This document shows positions 1 through 10,031 of a stretch of DNA of 64,000 nt, piece after piece; within the stretch, counting starts at the first letter, position 1; every line of letters begins with the position of its first letter. The notes under the pieces were generated by a model, which did not search any database, was not told where the DNA came from, and was given only the letters and a program-made list of their open reading frames with translations. A program made the translations under genes and the position numbers. The stretch is from Macrostomum lignano (lineage: Eukaryota): NCBI GenBank assembly GCA_002269645.1, contig NIVC01001603.1:5082-69081 (forward strand), given 5' to 3'.

Positions 1-229
1 CGACCAAATGTTTCAGCAAGGCTATGCAGTTTGAAGCGATTGAATTTCTTCATTGAATTATTGAGTAGTACTAGCTTTCCACTACTGTCTAACAAAATTT
101 CTTTATAAGATAGATGTCCCGCTATAAATTTTCCGTCCTACATTCACAATAGCATAGTTTGTCTTTATCTAGTTATACCATTAATGTATACCATGTTAAT
201 CTATCTATCGATTTTTACCTTATGCGTAT

Positions 230-784
230 ACGTACTTATGCGTTTCCTAATGTCAAGACCATAACGTCACGCTTGTAACTCTTTGCACACTTCAATGCAC
301 CTATATTTGCTATATAGTCAGTTGCCCAACCCAGATGTTGGTTTTCTACGATGTTGCTAAAATATACGAAAGAATTCCTTATTTCTTTTTTTCATTAACC
401 TCCATAAAGTGCATTTCGATCTCGACTCTTTCTCAATCTGAGAAACAACAAACTTCTTATGGTAATTTATCGGTTCTAGGACTTACAACCATCCAGTTCT
501 CCTCAGCTGTCATTGTTCTCAGTCCTGCTACAGTTGGAAAAATTTAAACTAAATTTAACTGACCAGCAATTACACAATTCAAAAAATTAAAAATATCAAA
601 ACTGAATACAACAGGAAATTTAGCATTTTAAAAAATAGAAGTGTCTTGTAAGCGCCTAGAGTCACGTATAGTGGCCGTAAATATCATTCAAAGGTATTTC
701 AACAGTGAACTGGCGTTACCATAGATGTTAAGCCTAATTTTATTTATCGGTTTAGCACTCACTAGGCTGCTTTGTTTCATAGCT
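230..784 (-). mobile_element. Downstream half of a dispersed repeat (Crypton-like relic), split by the 798-3329 insertion
   Basis: Reverse complement matches ~22940-23500 (e.g. TTGAAGCTATGAAACAAAGC..CTAGTGAGTGCTAAACCG, GATATTTACGGCCACTATACGTGAC, CCAACTGTAGCAGGACTGAGAACAATGACA). Outer boundary approximate. Confidence 0.6.
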
Positions 785-1024
785 TCAACTGTTCTTAGGC
801 AATGTAGCTCGCTTAATAAACAACAAATAAATGAAGGTGATAATCAACATGTTTTATACTGTTATGTGCTTAATTTTTTACTCGGCATTTAATGCATCGG
901 CATTAAAACATGTTGATAATCACCTTCATAATCACCTTCATTTGTTTGCTGTTTATTAAGCGAGCTACATTGCCTAAGAACAGTTGAAGCTATGAAACAA
1001 AGCAACCTAGTGAGTGCTAAACCG
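748..1024. repeat. Inverted repeat / fold-back hairpin, arms ~748-856 and ~904-1024
   Basis: CGGTTTAGCACTCACTAGG..ATCAACATGTTTTA is the reverse complement of TAAAACATGTTGAT..CCTAGTGAGTGCTAAACCG; loop about 47 nt. Confidence 0.85.
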
Positions 1025-1193
1025 TATTTTTCGGTTCTTCGAAATTCTCCATGATTAGCTAGTTTAGCTTCTTTGAAATTTCACTTTTCAAAAACGCAAT
1101 TTTACTCCTCTGAAAGGCAGTGCATGTAAATCATACTTTCAGAGTGCACAGAGTAGTACAATTTTAGCAAAGTGAAACGCCATCCCTTTTCAG

Positions 1194-1964
1194 AATCTCT
1201 TCAGCATCCTTAGAGGGTGCAACAGGTTCAATGAAAAACCCGAACTGTCAGCTTTCATTGGCGCCCTGAGATCAGTAGCGGCTGGCGGGCTCTCTAAGCC
1301 GGATTCATCGGCTAGGAACTGTGAGGATGACGGCTGCTCAGCTGCGATCTCAGCTTCCGGCGCATCAGCTTGCGCATCAGTAGGACGAGACGACAGCAAT
1401 GCTGCAACCAGTGACTGGACACCGCCGAGTGAAGCCTCTGGCAGCAATTCAAACGAATCAGCGATCCCGCTGCTGCACGAACCGATAGAAGGCCTGGCTA
1501 CTGTCCAAGATGATGCAGTACTGAACGAGGCCACTGAATACGTAGCTGGTTATGTGCTGAAAAAGAGTGGCGTATTGGACTGCAGCGACTGCAGGGCGGA
1601 GCTGACAGTGTCACTTCCGTCTGGCTGTCACATGCAGCACAAGCGTCTGCCTCACGCAGTCATCGGCCTCACGCATCCTTCACCTGCGGCTTTGGGTGAG
1701 TTCTGCAAGATGGAGGCTGCCTTCGTTGCGCAATCGCACAGTTTTATTGTGCAGCCGCAGGTAGCTAAACGATTGGCTGCTTTGTTCACAGCTGCAGCAG
1801 TTGCACTGCCGGCGTGCAGCTCACACGCTGCACATGTGCAGCGTCAGGTATGCAGCACGTTTGCACAGCTGCGACTGCATCATTGGTGCCGCTGCGAGGT
1901 GAGAAGCCTGCGAGCAGCGACGAGCAGGAGCAGCACGCTGCGAAAGTTTCACAAACTGCGATGA
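1194..1964 (+). pseudogene. Terminal exon of a P-element/THAP9-like DNA transposase (fragment)
   Basis: After acceptor CCCTTTTCAG (AG 1192-1193) an open frame reads NLFSILRGCNRFNEKPELSAFIGALRSV...EATEYVAGYVLKKSGVLDCSDCRAEL...GLTHPS...LPACSSH...FAQLRLHHWC, matching remembered C-terminal motifs of P/THAP9 transposases. Upstream exons and TIRs were not found. Confidence 0.7.
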
Positions 1965-2109
1965 GCTGATTAATTGATGAGAAATCATTCTATTTAGATA
2001 AAAAAATATGGAGTATATAATAGCTTGTATTTGCTAAGTAGTTAACTGCAATTATATGGCCGTCAATGCAATCTAAAGCATTCGCAGTATTGCTTTTTGT
2101 CGTAGATAT

Positions 2110-3067
2110 TGTCACAGACGTGTTTCCTCCTTCTTCTAGATCCCACTAGATGTCACCAAGTTGTCGCAGACGTAATCGTTCCTAACTGCGATTTCACCGT
2201 AAAGCCACCGAGTCTTTACAGACTTTCTGGTTCTTATCACTAAGCTGCCTATTTCTAGTAGTATTGGCTGCCCTAAACTATGACCTTTCTCTAATTTCAC
2301 ACGATTTCTCGGAAACCTTGTGATAGCGTGTAGTGCCCGAGCGGTAAGACACTGTCTAATTCCCTAGTTTAGTCCGAAAGCCTAGCGTTTTCCGAGGATC
2401 AAGGGTGTCCAGCAGTAGCTAATGCCTAATCTCCTAGCGCCTAATACCTATTATTAGCCAGTACGGCTTTCTTAGAGTCTGTACGACCTTAAATTTCTCC
2501 TTATTTTTAGACCTCTATCTTGGATCTCCACGACCTCTAGTTTCTCCCTATTCAGATCCCTAGTTCTGGGTCTCCACGACCTCTGGTTTCTCCCTATTCA
2601 GATCCCTAGTTCTGGGTCTCCACGACCTCTGGTTTCTCTCTATTCTGATCCCTAGTTCTGGGTCTCCACGACCTCTGGTTTCTCCCTATTCTGATCCCTA
2701 GTTCTGTATTCGTACAAAGAACTAAGACTCGCAGGTTTTAACTTACGTTTTGGTTTGAATGTCAAACGCTGCTTCTCCGATTGAGAGCGAGCTCGCGAAG
2801 ATTCGCGGAAGAGCAAGTTACTTTTATTTTTGGTAAATTGTTTCGTTTATATAGGGGATAAAACTCAATTTGATTGGTTGAAATTAATTATAACAAAAAT
2901 AGTTTACGAAATTTTAACAAAGTATTAAACTCCATTGGCTGAGATTATTTAAAACAAAACAATTTAGGGATTTAAACAAGGAAATTCACTGATTGGCTGA
3001 GTAAAAATAGCTCATTAAACCCGCTTAAAACTACTATTAGTAAGAATAAAAGATCGACCCTATTACA
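2110..3067 (-). mobile_element. Solo LTR (probably Ty3/Gypsy type)
   Basis: TG...CA termini with imperfect inverted ends (TGTCACAG / CTATTACA), 4-bp TSD ATAT (2106-2109, 3068-3071). Minus strand has three CCAAT boxes and TATATAAA (2846-2853). Confidence 0.75.
2521..2706. repeat. 46-bp tandem repeat, 4 copies, inside the solo LTR
   Basis: Unit GGTCTCCACGACCTCTGGTTTCTCCCTATTCWGATCCCTAGTTCTG. Confidence 0.9.
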
Positions 3068-3261
3068 ATATTATAGTTAAAAGTTTATTTTTGCTAATAA
3101 TATCATAATACAATTGCTGCATTGTATTCATCTTGATTTTTAATTTTTTAAATATAAAAAACGCTAAAATGTTTTATCACTACTAAGCAGAAAGTAGAAT
3201 AAACTGTCATGTTGTGAAAATTAGCCTGAGTGGCCTATCTAGTGTTTATAGTATGTGGTAA

Positions 3262-3298
3262 GCCCTGACGATGTCCATTGTGGACGAAATGCATCGGC
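3262..3298 (+). ncRNA. Minimal type I hammerhead ribozyme
   Basis: GCC-CTGACGA-T-GTCC(ATTGT)GGAC-GAAA-TGCA-TC-GGC: stem I GCC/GGC, core CUGANGA, stem II GUCC/GGAC, GAAA, palindromic stem III AUGCAU, predicted cleavage after C3295. Confidence 0.75.
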
Positions 3299-3342
3299 AT
3301 TAAAACATGTTGATTATCACCTTCATTTATCAACTGTTCTTA

Positions 3343-3512
3343 TTCACGCTCGGTTTTAATAGACGGACTTGATGATTGACCACCTGGTTGAAGACCCTGC
3401 GATATTTAACATGATTTTGGACGTCAAGCTGAATATATCGATCAAAAGCTGAGAAGATTTTCCTGTAACACGAGCGATATTCTCTCAAGCGAAGCCAGCG
3501 CGTTTTAGAGTG
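3343..3512 (-). mobile_element. Upstream half of the Crypton-like relic (degenerate tyrosine recombinase C-terminus)
   Basis: Minus strand translates ASTLKRAGFA*ENIARVTGKSS..(frameshift)DRYIQLD; homologous to 22740-22935. Confidence 0.5.
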
Positions 3513-3513
3513 C

Positions 3514-3840
3514 TTGCGTCAGTCTTGCCTGGTCGTGAGACCGATCTGCTGCTTTGGCACGCTATACGCACGAAGCACCATTGGGTGCACGGCCCTCACG
3601 ACCTATGGTAGTCGAAAGCCTTCCAGGCTTTCCAGAGCAATCAGGCTCGACTGGCGGGTCCACACTTTCTCGATGACTCGGCGAAGAGCCTGGATCTGCG
3701 CCACTGTGCCTAGATGGGGCCGGAACCCATTCTGCTCAACAAGTAGCATACCATTGTAATTTGCCTTGTGGTCATAACAGCTTGCATTCTCGCTAATTAC
3801 ACGTAAGCCAACCTTGACTTGCTCCGAATTCCCCCCGACT
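3514..3840 (-). mobile_element. Degenerate non-LTR retrotransposon (RTE-like) reverse transcriptase fragment
   Basis: Minus strand reads ...LLVEQNGFRPHLGTVAQIQALRRVIEKVW..., the QxGFR / IxALRRxIE region of LINE RT, followed by stops. Confidence 0.65.
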
Positions 3841-5444
3841 AATAAAGTTAAATATTTTTACCTAATGTTCAAAAACCCCTTTTGTAGAGCTTGAATCACT
3901 CAAACTTTAGTTGGATAGCTCAATTAATGTTTCATGTAGGAAATTTCTTACATCCGGCCAGTCAGCTGTACGATTGCTTAATTAATTATGCATACATAGT
4001 AGAAGATATGTGAAAAACATTTTAAACTTACATGTAAGTTAAAAAGTCAAACACCCACTAAGTTTATATCTGCTGTTTTGCTAAACGCAAGCAAGCATAA
4101 AAGTCTCAATGGAGAATATATTGTGGTATAAGATAACAAAGCTATGACAAATATGATATTGAAGGATGAAGCGAGTCTTTCTTTATGTATACTTCATATT
4201 TATACTGTAGTATGTACTAGTCTTGTTTTCGGTTTTGTAGAGAGTTAAACAAGTCCGATTGAAACAAGCTTCTGCGCTATATGCCAGTATATGCTGAATG
4301 AGAATGTGAAAACTTCATTCAAAGCCTATTTGCATGCTAAATTTCTTCATAGACAGATGTGTCAATAAACGCGGGAACAAGTCTCAGAATTTTAATGCTT
4401 TCAAAGATACCGTAAAAGCCTTCTCTACCATCTAGATTCAGTACATAAGTCAACTTTGATTCAGAAAGTTTTTGCAATCAGCGAGCTTGTAGGATAATCC
4501 TGCTTTTTAGTAATAAAGGAAGAAATGGGTTTGATTTTTTACTCTATTCTTCTAACTTCATGCTTCAATTGTTTTTAGTAGCATCGCTTTAAAAAATCTA
4601 GCTGGTGTACAAGCAGGCGTCAGCTTTATGATCTCTATCTATAGTGTAGTGAATTATTTATCTCTGTCCAATACTACTCGTACATGCATACTTTTGTCTG
4701 AACCAACAACTATTTGTGCACTTTTTACAAAATGGTTAAATTACGAGCGTATAAACATAGAATACTTCGAATTCGATAGATAATGAATTTCTTGCGTTCT
4801 CTTCCAAAAAGTTATTCGATCAAGTTAAATGATGTCGGTTGCTTCTTTAACAATCAAAAGTTTGTGTAGTTTAGAACCGAATAAAGGAATTAATTAATTT
4901 TATCCTCAATTGAAAATTACTTCTCTCATTTTTCTGTCAGCCAGAGGTAAAAAACGCTCTACTGGTACGTTAAACCTGAATGAGTACATCAATAGTAAAG
5001 CAATTGTTTATGGTCATGTATTGTAACGATGGAGCAAAACTACGACGTATCTGTGCATAATTCGAGCTATTACTGTAGTTTTCTGTCGCTTGTCGGAAAA
5101 TCTGATGACACTGATGGAACCGTTTTTAAACCTTTCAGCTCGTCACGCAGTCAGCGCATTTTTGAGATGACAGAAAGCTAGCTTTTTACCATGATTCAGT
5201 CAACAGTGTATATTACTGGCTTTTACCAAAGGAAGACACTGAATCAAGTTTTTTTATTTTTATTGACAGGACAGAAGATGTTTCTAGCTTTTAGCTTTGC
5301 AGAATTTTGGCGTATGGATTATTATTCAAGTTTCAGTGAAGTATAGCAGAAAACACGATGCCAGATGACCCGCACACTCTATGTATTAACTTTTGGTCTT
5401 ACTGTAATATTACTGCAGCAATCATGTTGGATAGTTTAGTTTTG

Positions 5445-5545
5445 AGAAAGCCGCACACGGATACGTACGAAGGCACACACTCAACTGGTTTTATAGCGGC
5501 CCTGCCTTTCAAATCACCAGGTATATATAAGCATACACCTTGGGG
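5445..5545 (-). mobile_element. Degenerate remnant of the SINE central domain
   Basis: CGGATACGTACGAAGGCACACACTCA..AGCGGCCCT matches 14037-14087. Confidence 0.4.
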
Positions 5546-6298
5546 CTCTTTACAGATACTCGTACTATGGCGCGAGAGTCTATGATACACCAGATATTGC
5601 ACATTTTTTGCTCCATAAATATACTTCTATTAGTTAAAATTTCTTTAATTCTATAGAAAAACGTGTCAAGAAAAAATTCGACCGTTTTGGGACCAAAAAA
5701 ACTGCAAAATTCTGACAGCCAATCAGCGCCGCTACAGCGGGAGACGTATCTTTCGAGCTCTTAGCTGAAGCCAATAGCATCCTGGATGCAGAATGCAGTT
5801 TCTGAAATAGGTTAATGTATTCCCCTTTAATGGATTAAAATGCCACTTTCCTTACAACTCGTGTCAAGCCGTTTGTTCAAGACATAGACATTTGTTCAAG
5901 CTTCGCACAAATATGCTTTGGAAATTGATTATTATCCATCTAGTGTGTGAATTTTTCGCTGTTCCGGTTATCGGTAAGATCTTACAATTGCCTCTTAAGT
6001 TTTTAATTTACGTGATTAGATAGTAGCTCAAATCTGAAGTTATCTAAGCGGGGGCAAACTTTTGCGCTCGTGTGTACGAACAATAGAGGTGGATTTGTGC
6101 AGTTCTCATCCGGTCCATAAGGAGCTGCCATCTTGAAGCTACACTGTCTGATTATCAGAAAAGCACTTCTTCTTTGTCAACGCGGAGTTAAAGCAACGCT
6201 TTCTGAAAATTGGAAACTGAAAATCTTTTATATATAATATTCTATACCGATACCGTTCAAAACGCAATTACGCTTGTAGCAATCCACTCAAACATGCA

Positions 6299-6485
6299 CA
6301 GTAGCGCAACCAGAAATTTTTCAAGGGGGGGGCGGATTCTGTGGGTAAAGTCCCGGGAGGGGGGGGCGGCGGAGGGGTGGCTCTGTTTTTGGCGAAAATT
6401 CGCTTGGTCCCCCCTTTGATTTTTTTTCGGTCCCCGCCTAAGGGGGGGGCGACCGCCCCCCCGCCCCCCCCTGGTTGCGCCACTG
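6299..6485. mobile_element. hAT-type MITE (187 bp)
   Basis: TIRs CAGTAGCGCAACCAG / CTGGTTGCGCCACTG and a perfect 8-bp TSD AACATGCA (6291-6298, 6486-6493). Confidence 0.85.
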
Positions 6486-6509
6486 AACATGCATCGAACA
6501 TTTTTTCAG

Positions 6510-8541
6510 CCACTTGCAACAAAACTCGTTACGCAAAACACGAAGGAGTCCTCGTCATCAACTCGTCTATCAGCAGCCAAGTGTCGAACTTCCCCGGGAT
6601 GGCATCAAAGCAGGGCTGCCTGATGCTGTGCCGGGCGAAAGGCTGCGTTGCGTTGGAGTTCCAGAAGAGCAGCAAACTGTGCCGGCTGCTGCTGACGGTG
6701 CCAGAGGTGCCTGGGTCCGTCTGCAGTAACCAGACGAGACGTTTGGGAACCGAGGCCCAATCGATAGTGCTCAAGATTGAAAACCTTGATGAATTGATGG
6801 GCCTGAACACTAAATTCCACGTGAGACGCTTCTTCACAAGTGAGACTTATTTTCAATGCTCTCTCGAGTTTCTATTGTGCGCAAATTCTGAATGAACAAC
6901 AGACTTGGCATTGCAATAGTTCCGTTTCTTCAGACAATTAAAAGAAAAGAAGTACGATTTCTGCTGTGAAGAAATTTAACAGCATACATGTAGGCTCACT
7001 AAAGTTGATAAAATTGTCAAAATTGTCAAAAACACCTCCCTGTATTGAGTACCGAGCACTCTAACCCAATTAGGGTGACCGGGTACCGAGTACCGAGTAT
7101 TGAGTACCGAGTACCGAGTACCGAGTATTGAGTACCGACTACCGAGTACCGAGTATTGAGTACCGAGTACCGAGTACCGAGTACCGAGTACCGAGTACCG
7201 ATTACTTAGCTGTGGCAGCTTATTTTTTAACATTCAACTTCACGGGAAAAATCACTTTCTGAAAGTTTATTTACTGTCTTTTCTATGAAGGAAAATCGTG
7301 AATATACTTTCAAATGTTCAATCCTGTCTAATATTTAATAGAATTATCTACTTTATTGACTATTAATCAACTTGAATATGGTTGTGTGCGATTTAATGGC
7401 ACTTGTACGAGCTATCATTATTGTTCTACTAGCGAATATAATAACTACCCATTCAGACGCTTCAACTGGTCGACATGGCGCCATACAGCAGATGACAATC
7501 AACGTGACTGGCTGCTATCGTGTCAAGACCGCCGGAGCCAAGGGTGGCGACAGCTTTGGTAGAAATCAGAAACACGGAGGTAGAGGAGCCCTGATCGCTG
7601 GCAATGCCATTCTGGCCGCGGGCACTCAGCTATCCATTGTTGTCGGACAGGCCGGAGGCACAGCGCATACTGACGAGTACGCTAGTGGTGGTGGTGGCGG
7701 AGGCAGCTTCGTGTACCGGACATTGGACAATGGTCTGCTGATGGCTGCTGGCGGAGGCGGAGGCGCATCTTATCAGTACGATGGTGAGAGTTGTCGATCG
7801 ATTTTTATATTTGACACTTTTTTTACCACCAGTCTTGTCAGTCAGTCAACAACTTGACAAACTGCATCTAACGCAGATATAGTTTATACCGCATCATCAA
7901 CAATGACTCACTTTTTAGGACGGCCAGGTGAGGCGGGAAATAACGGCACGGGATCTGTCGGTACGGAAGATGTAAGTCGGTGCGATTTGGAAAGTTGTCT
8001 TTTTTGAAGCTTTTCAAGTTAAAATTTTATAGGCCCTAACTTAAAAAATGAACACTAAGCTACTACTGCAACTAATGCTTTAATGATTTAAATGGTTGCA
8101 TGGTTGCCTAATCAGATGGGCACCGGAGGCATCAATGGGAAGCCGGGCAGCAACAACCATAGCACTGCGGCTACCGATAGAAACCCTGGAGGCTGTGGAG
8201 CCGGCTGGCTTGGCAGGCCCACCATCGCCCGCACACGCAAAGAGTATGGAGACAGAGGCGGTAGTCGCGCCGACGGCTGGGTCGGCGGCAGCGCTGGAAA
8301 AGGCAGCCCCGCCGACGGCGGCTTCGGCGGTGGCGGAGGCGGAGGCGCGGCCGCCACAAAAGGAGCGGCAGGAGCCGGCGGAGGCTACAGCGGCGGCGGA
8401 GCCGGGAGTCGCCGCAGTTACGCCGGAGGCGGCGGCGGCTCTTTCTGCGGTGGCATCGACTGCGTGGCTATCACGGGTGGCAACATAGGAAGCGAGCACG
8501 GCTTCGTGCTGCTACGACTGCTGGTCGGCGCCTGCAACTAG
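6510..8541 (+). CDS. Gene A: PAN/Apple-like + ALK/LTK-type glycine-rich domain protein (first exon not located)
   Basis: GT-AG exons 6510-6839, 7457-7783, 7919-7971, 8116-8541 join in frame (phases 1,1,1,0). PAN-like CLMLCRAKGCVALEFQKSSKLCRL; GRD motifs GCYRVKTAGAKGG, LSIVVGQAGG, GGGGGSFVY, MAAGGGGG, GAGW, GGFGGGGG, GGGYSGGG, HGFV. Confidence 0.85.
7046..7201. repeat. 7-bp tandem repeat (GAGTACC/GAGTATT)n in an intron of gene A
   Basis: Visible array. A short remnant (ACTCGGTAC) lies in the homologous intron of gene B at ~14292-14318. Confidence 0.9.
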
Positions 8542-9108
8542 CCACTCTAGCTGTAACTTTTTCGGCAATACAAGTGCCTAACTTATGCGGAAACATTCGA
8601 ACTCTGGTTACAGCTTGCAATGACAACAACAGTGTCGAATAAAGATTTATGGTTGTTGCTAGGCAAAAGATAGAAAAAAGCCATCCAGTCAAAATACATT
8701 TAAGAGTTAATTTCACTATGGCTTCAAATGAAGCAGGATGATGTGTAATAGCTAAACTCTGAGTATCGAAGAAAATTTGTTTGAAAATGGGAATCATCTG
8801 ATGAGTTGGTTTAGCTGGTTCAGCAACTGCACTATCTTGAAGTCGAGCTCTCCAACAGCAGCGCACCGAGGCAAATCGGAAACTCCTCGGGTCTCGCCGC
8901 ATTTGCCGCCTTCGCTTATTTTTTTAGTGACCTTCTAGTGAAAGAAGCTTAAGAATTACTAAGATTAAGATTCGTTTTTTAATTAAAACCTTCGTGACCG
9001 TGAGCCAGATTTAAGCCGCTACTGAATTTAAGATTTACACGTCTCTGCAATTTACTCCGTCTTTGTCCTTGATCTAATAGGGTGAGGTGAAGCGTGTGAT
9101 TTTTTTAT

Positions 9109-9422
9109 CAGGGGCGTCGCCATGGATTTTATGGTGGGGGGACAAAGCAAAGAATTTTACATGTACATGCATCGGACTAAATTCCTACATGTACACGATT
9201 TAGAGAGTCGGTGTTGTCAGCGCTCATTTTAGCGCCGCAGGTATTGATTTTAGCACTGCAGGTGCTATATTTAGGCGCCCTAAAACAAAATTATTGCTTT
9301 CCACAACGTGTCACATGGTGGGGTGGAGGGGGGGGGGGACAAACCATTGGCCTGTCCCCCCTTGGCTTTTATTTGGGGGGACATGTCCCCTTGTCCCCCC
9401 CCCCCCAGTGGCAACGCCCGTC
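9109..9422. mobile_element. MITE with degenerate TIRs
   Basis: CAGGGGCGTCGCCA at the left, TGGCAACGCCC at the right, G/C runs inside as in the 6299 MITE; no clear TSD. Confidence 0.55.
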
Positions 9423-10031
9423 TTTGATCATACATAATCCACAGGCAAGAAAATGAGGCAATACAATACCCTTGTACCAGCTTCTTACCATGCATTCACC
9501 GCGGTTTAACTCTTATCTAAATTCCTTGCTGGCAGTAACTTAAGTTAAAAATATGCATAACAAAGCATATTCCAGGGCAAAAAAAGTTATGAATATAACT
9601 GATGTTTTGTCTATTTCAGTCGATCTAAAATTTTAGGACAGCAAAAAATTAAGCATACTGAATATACATTTAATCATCTCTTTGCCAGCGTACATCCAGT
9701 AGATCGTATATCTGCGAATCTGATTCGACAATTACGTCCTAGTTACATTTTGGGAAAGAGAATTGTGCATAAAATTGTGATAGTTCGTTCTGCCACGATA
9801 GTGCAATTCAATATTTTCACAAAAGTATTATTCAAATGAACGTTTTGTAAAGCGAGCCTCGCTGTTTAAATTTTCGAAATACATGTAGGTTTTCATTTTT
9901 TGTTAAAATTCTTACAAAAACAAAAACAGTATTATTCAATGAAGTACTTAAAGACAACGAAAATGTGCTACAAAAGAAAATAAATTCCGGTTAGTTTCTC
10001 AATTTAGTCAAGGTTTCCGTCCGTCTTGGAG

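Larger units (their letters stand above)
798..3329 (+). mobile_element. Penelope-like/retrozyme-type composite insertion with hammerhead-bearing terminal repeats
   Basis: Flanked by a 13-bp direct repeat TCAACTGTTCTTA (785-797, 3330-3342). Direct repeat AATGCATCGGCATTAAAACATGTTGATWATCACCTTCAT at 891-929 and 3288-3326, inverted partial copy at 798-856, complete hammerhead in the 3' repeat. Confidence 0.5.

Noticed and set aside
7457-8541. Bacterial PE-PGRS / horizontally acquired glycine-rich protein
   Set aside because: Spliceosomal introns with conserved phases and an ordered ALK/LTK motif series explain the glycine richness; no PE domain.
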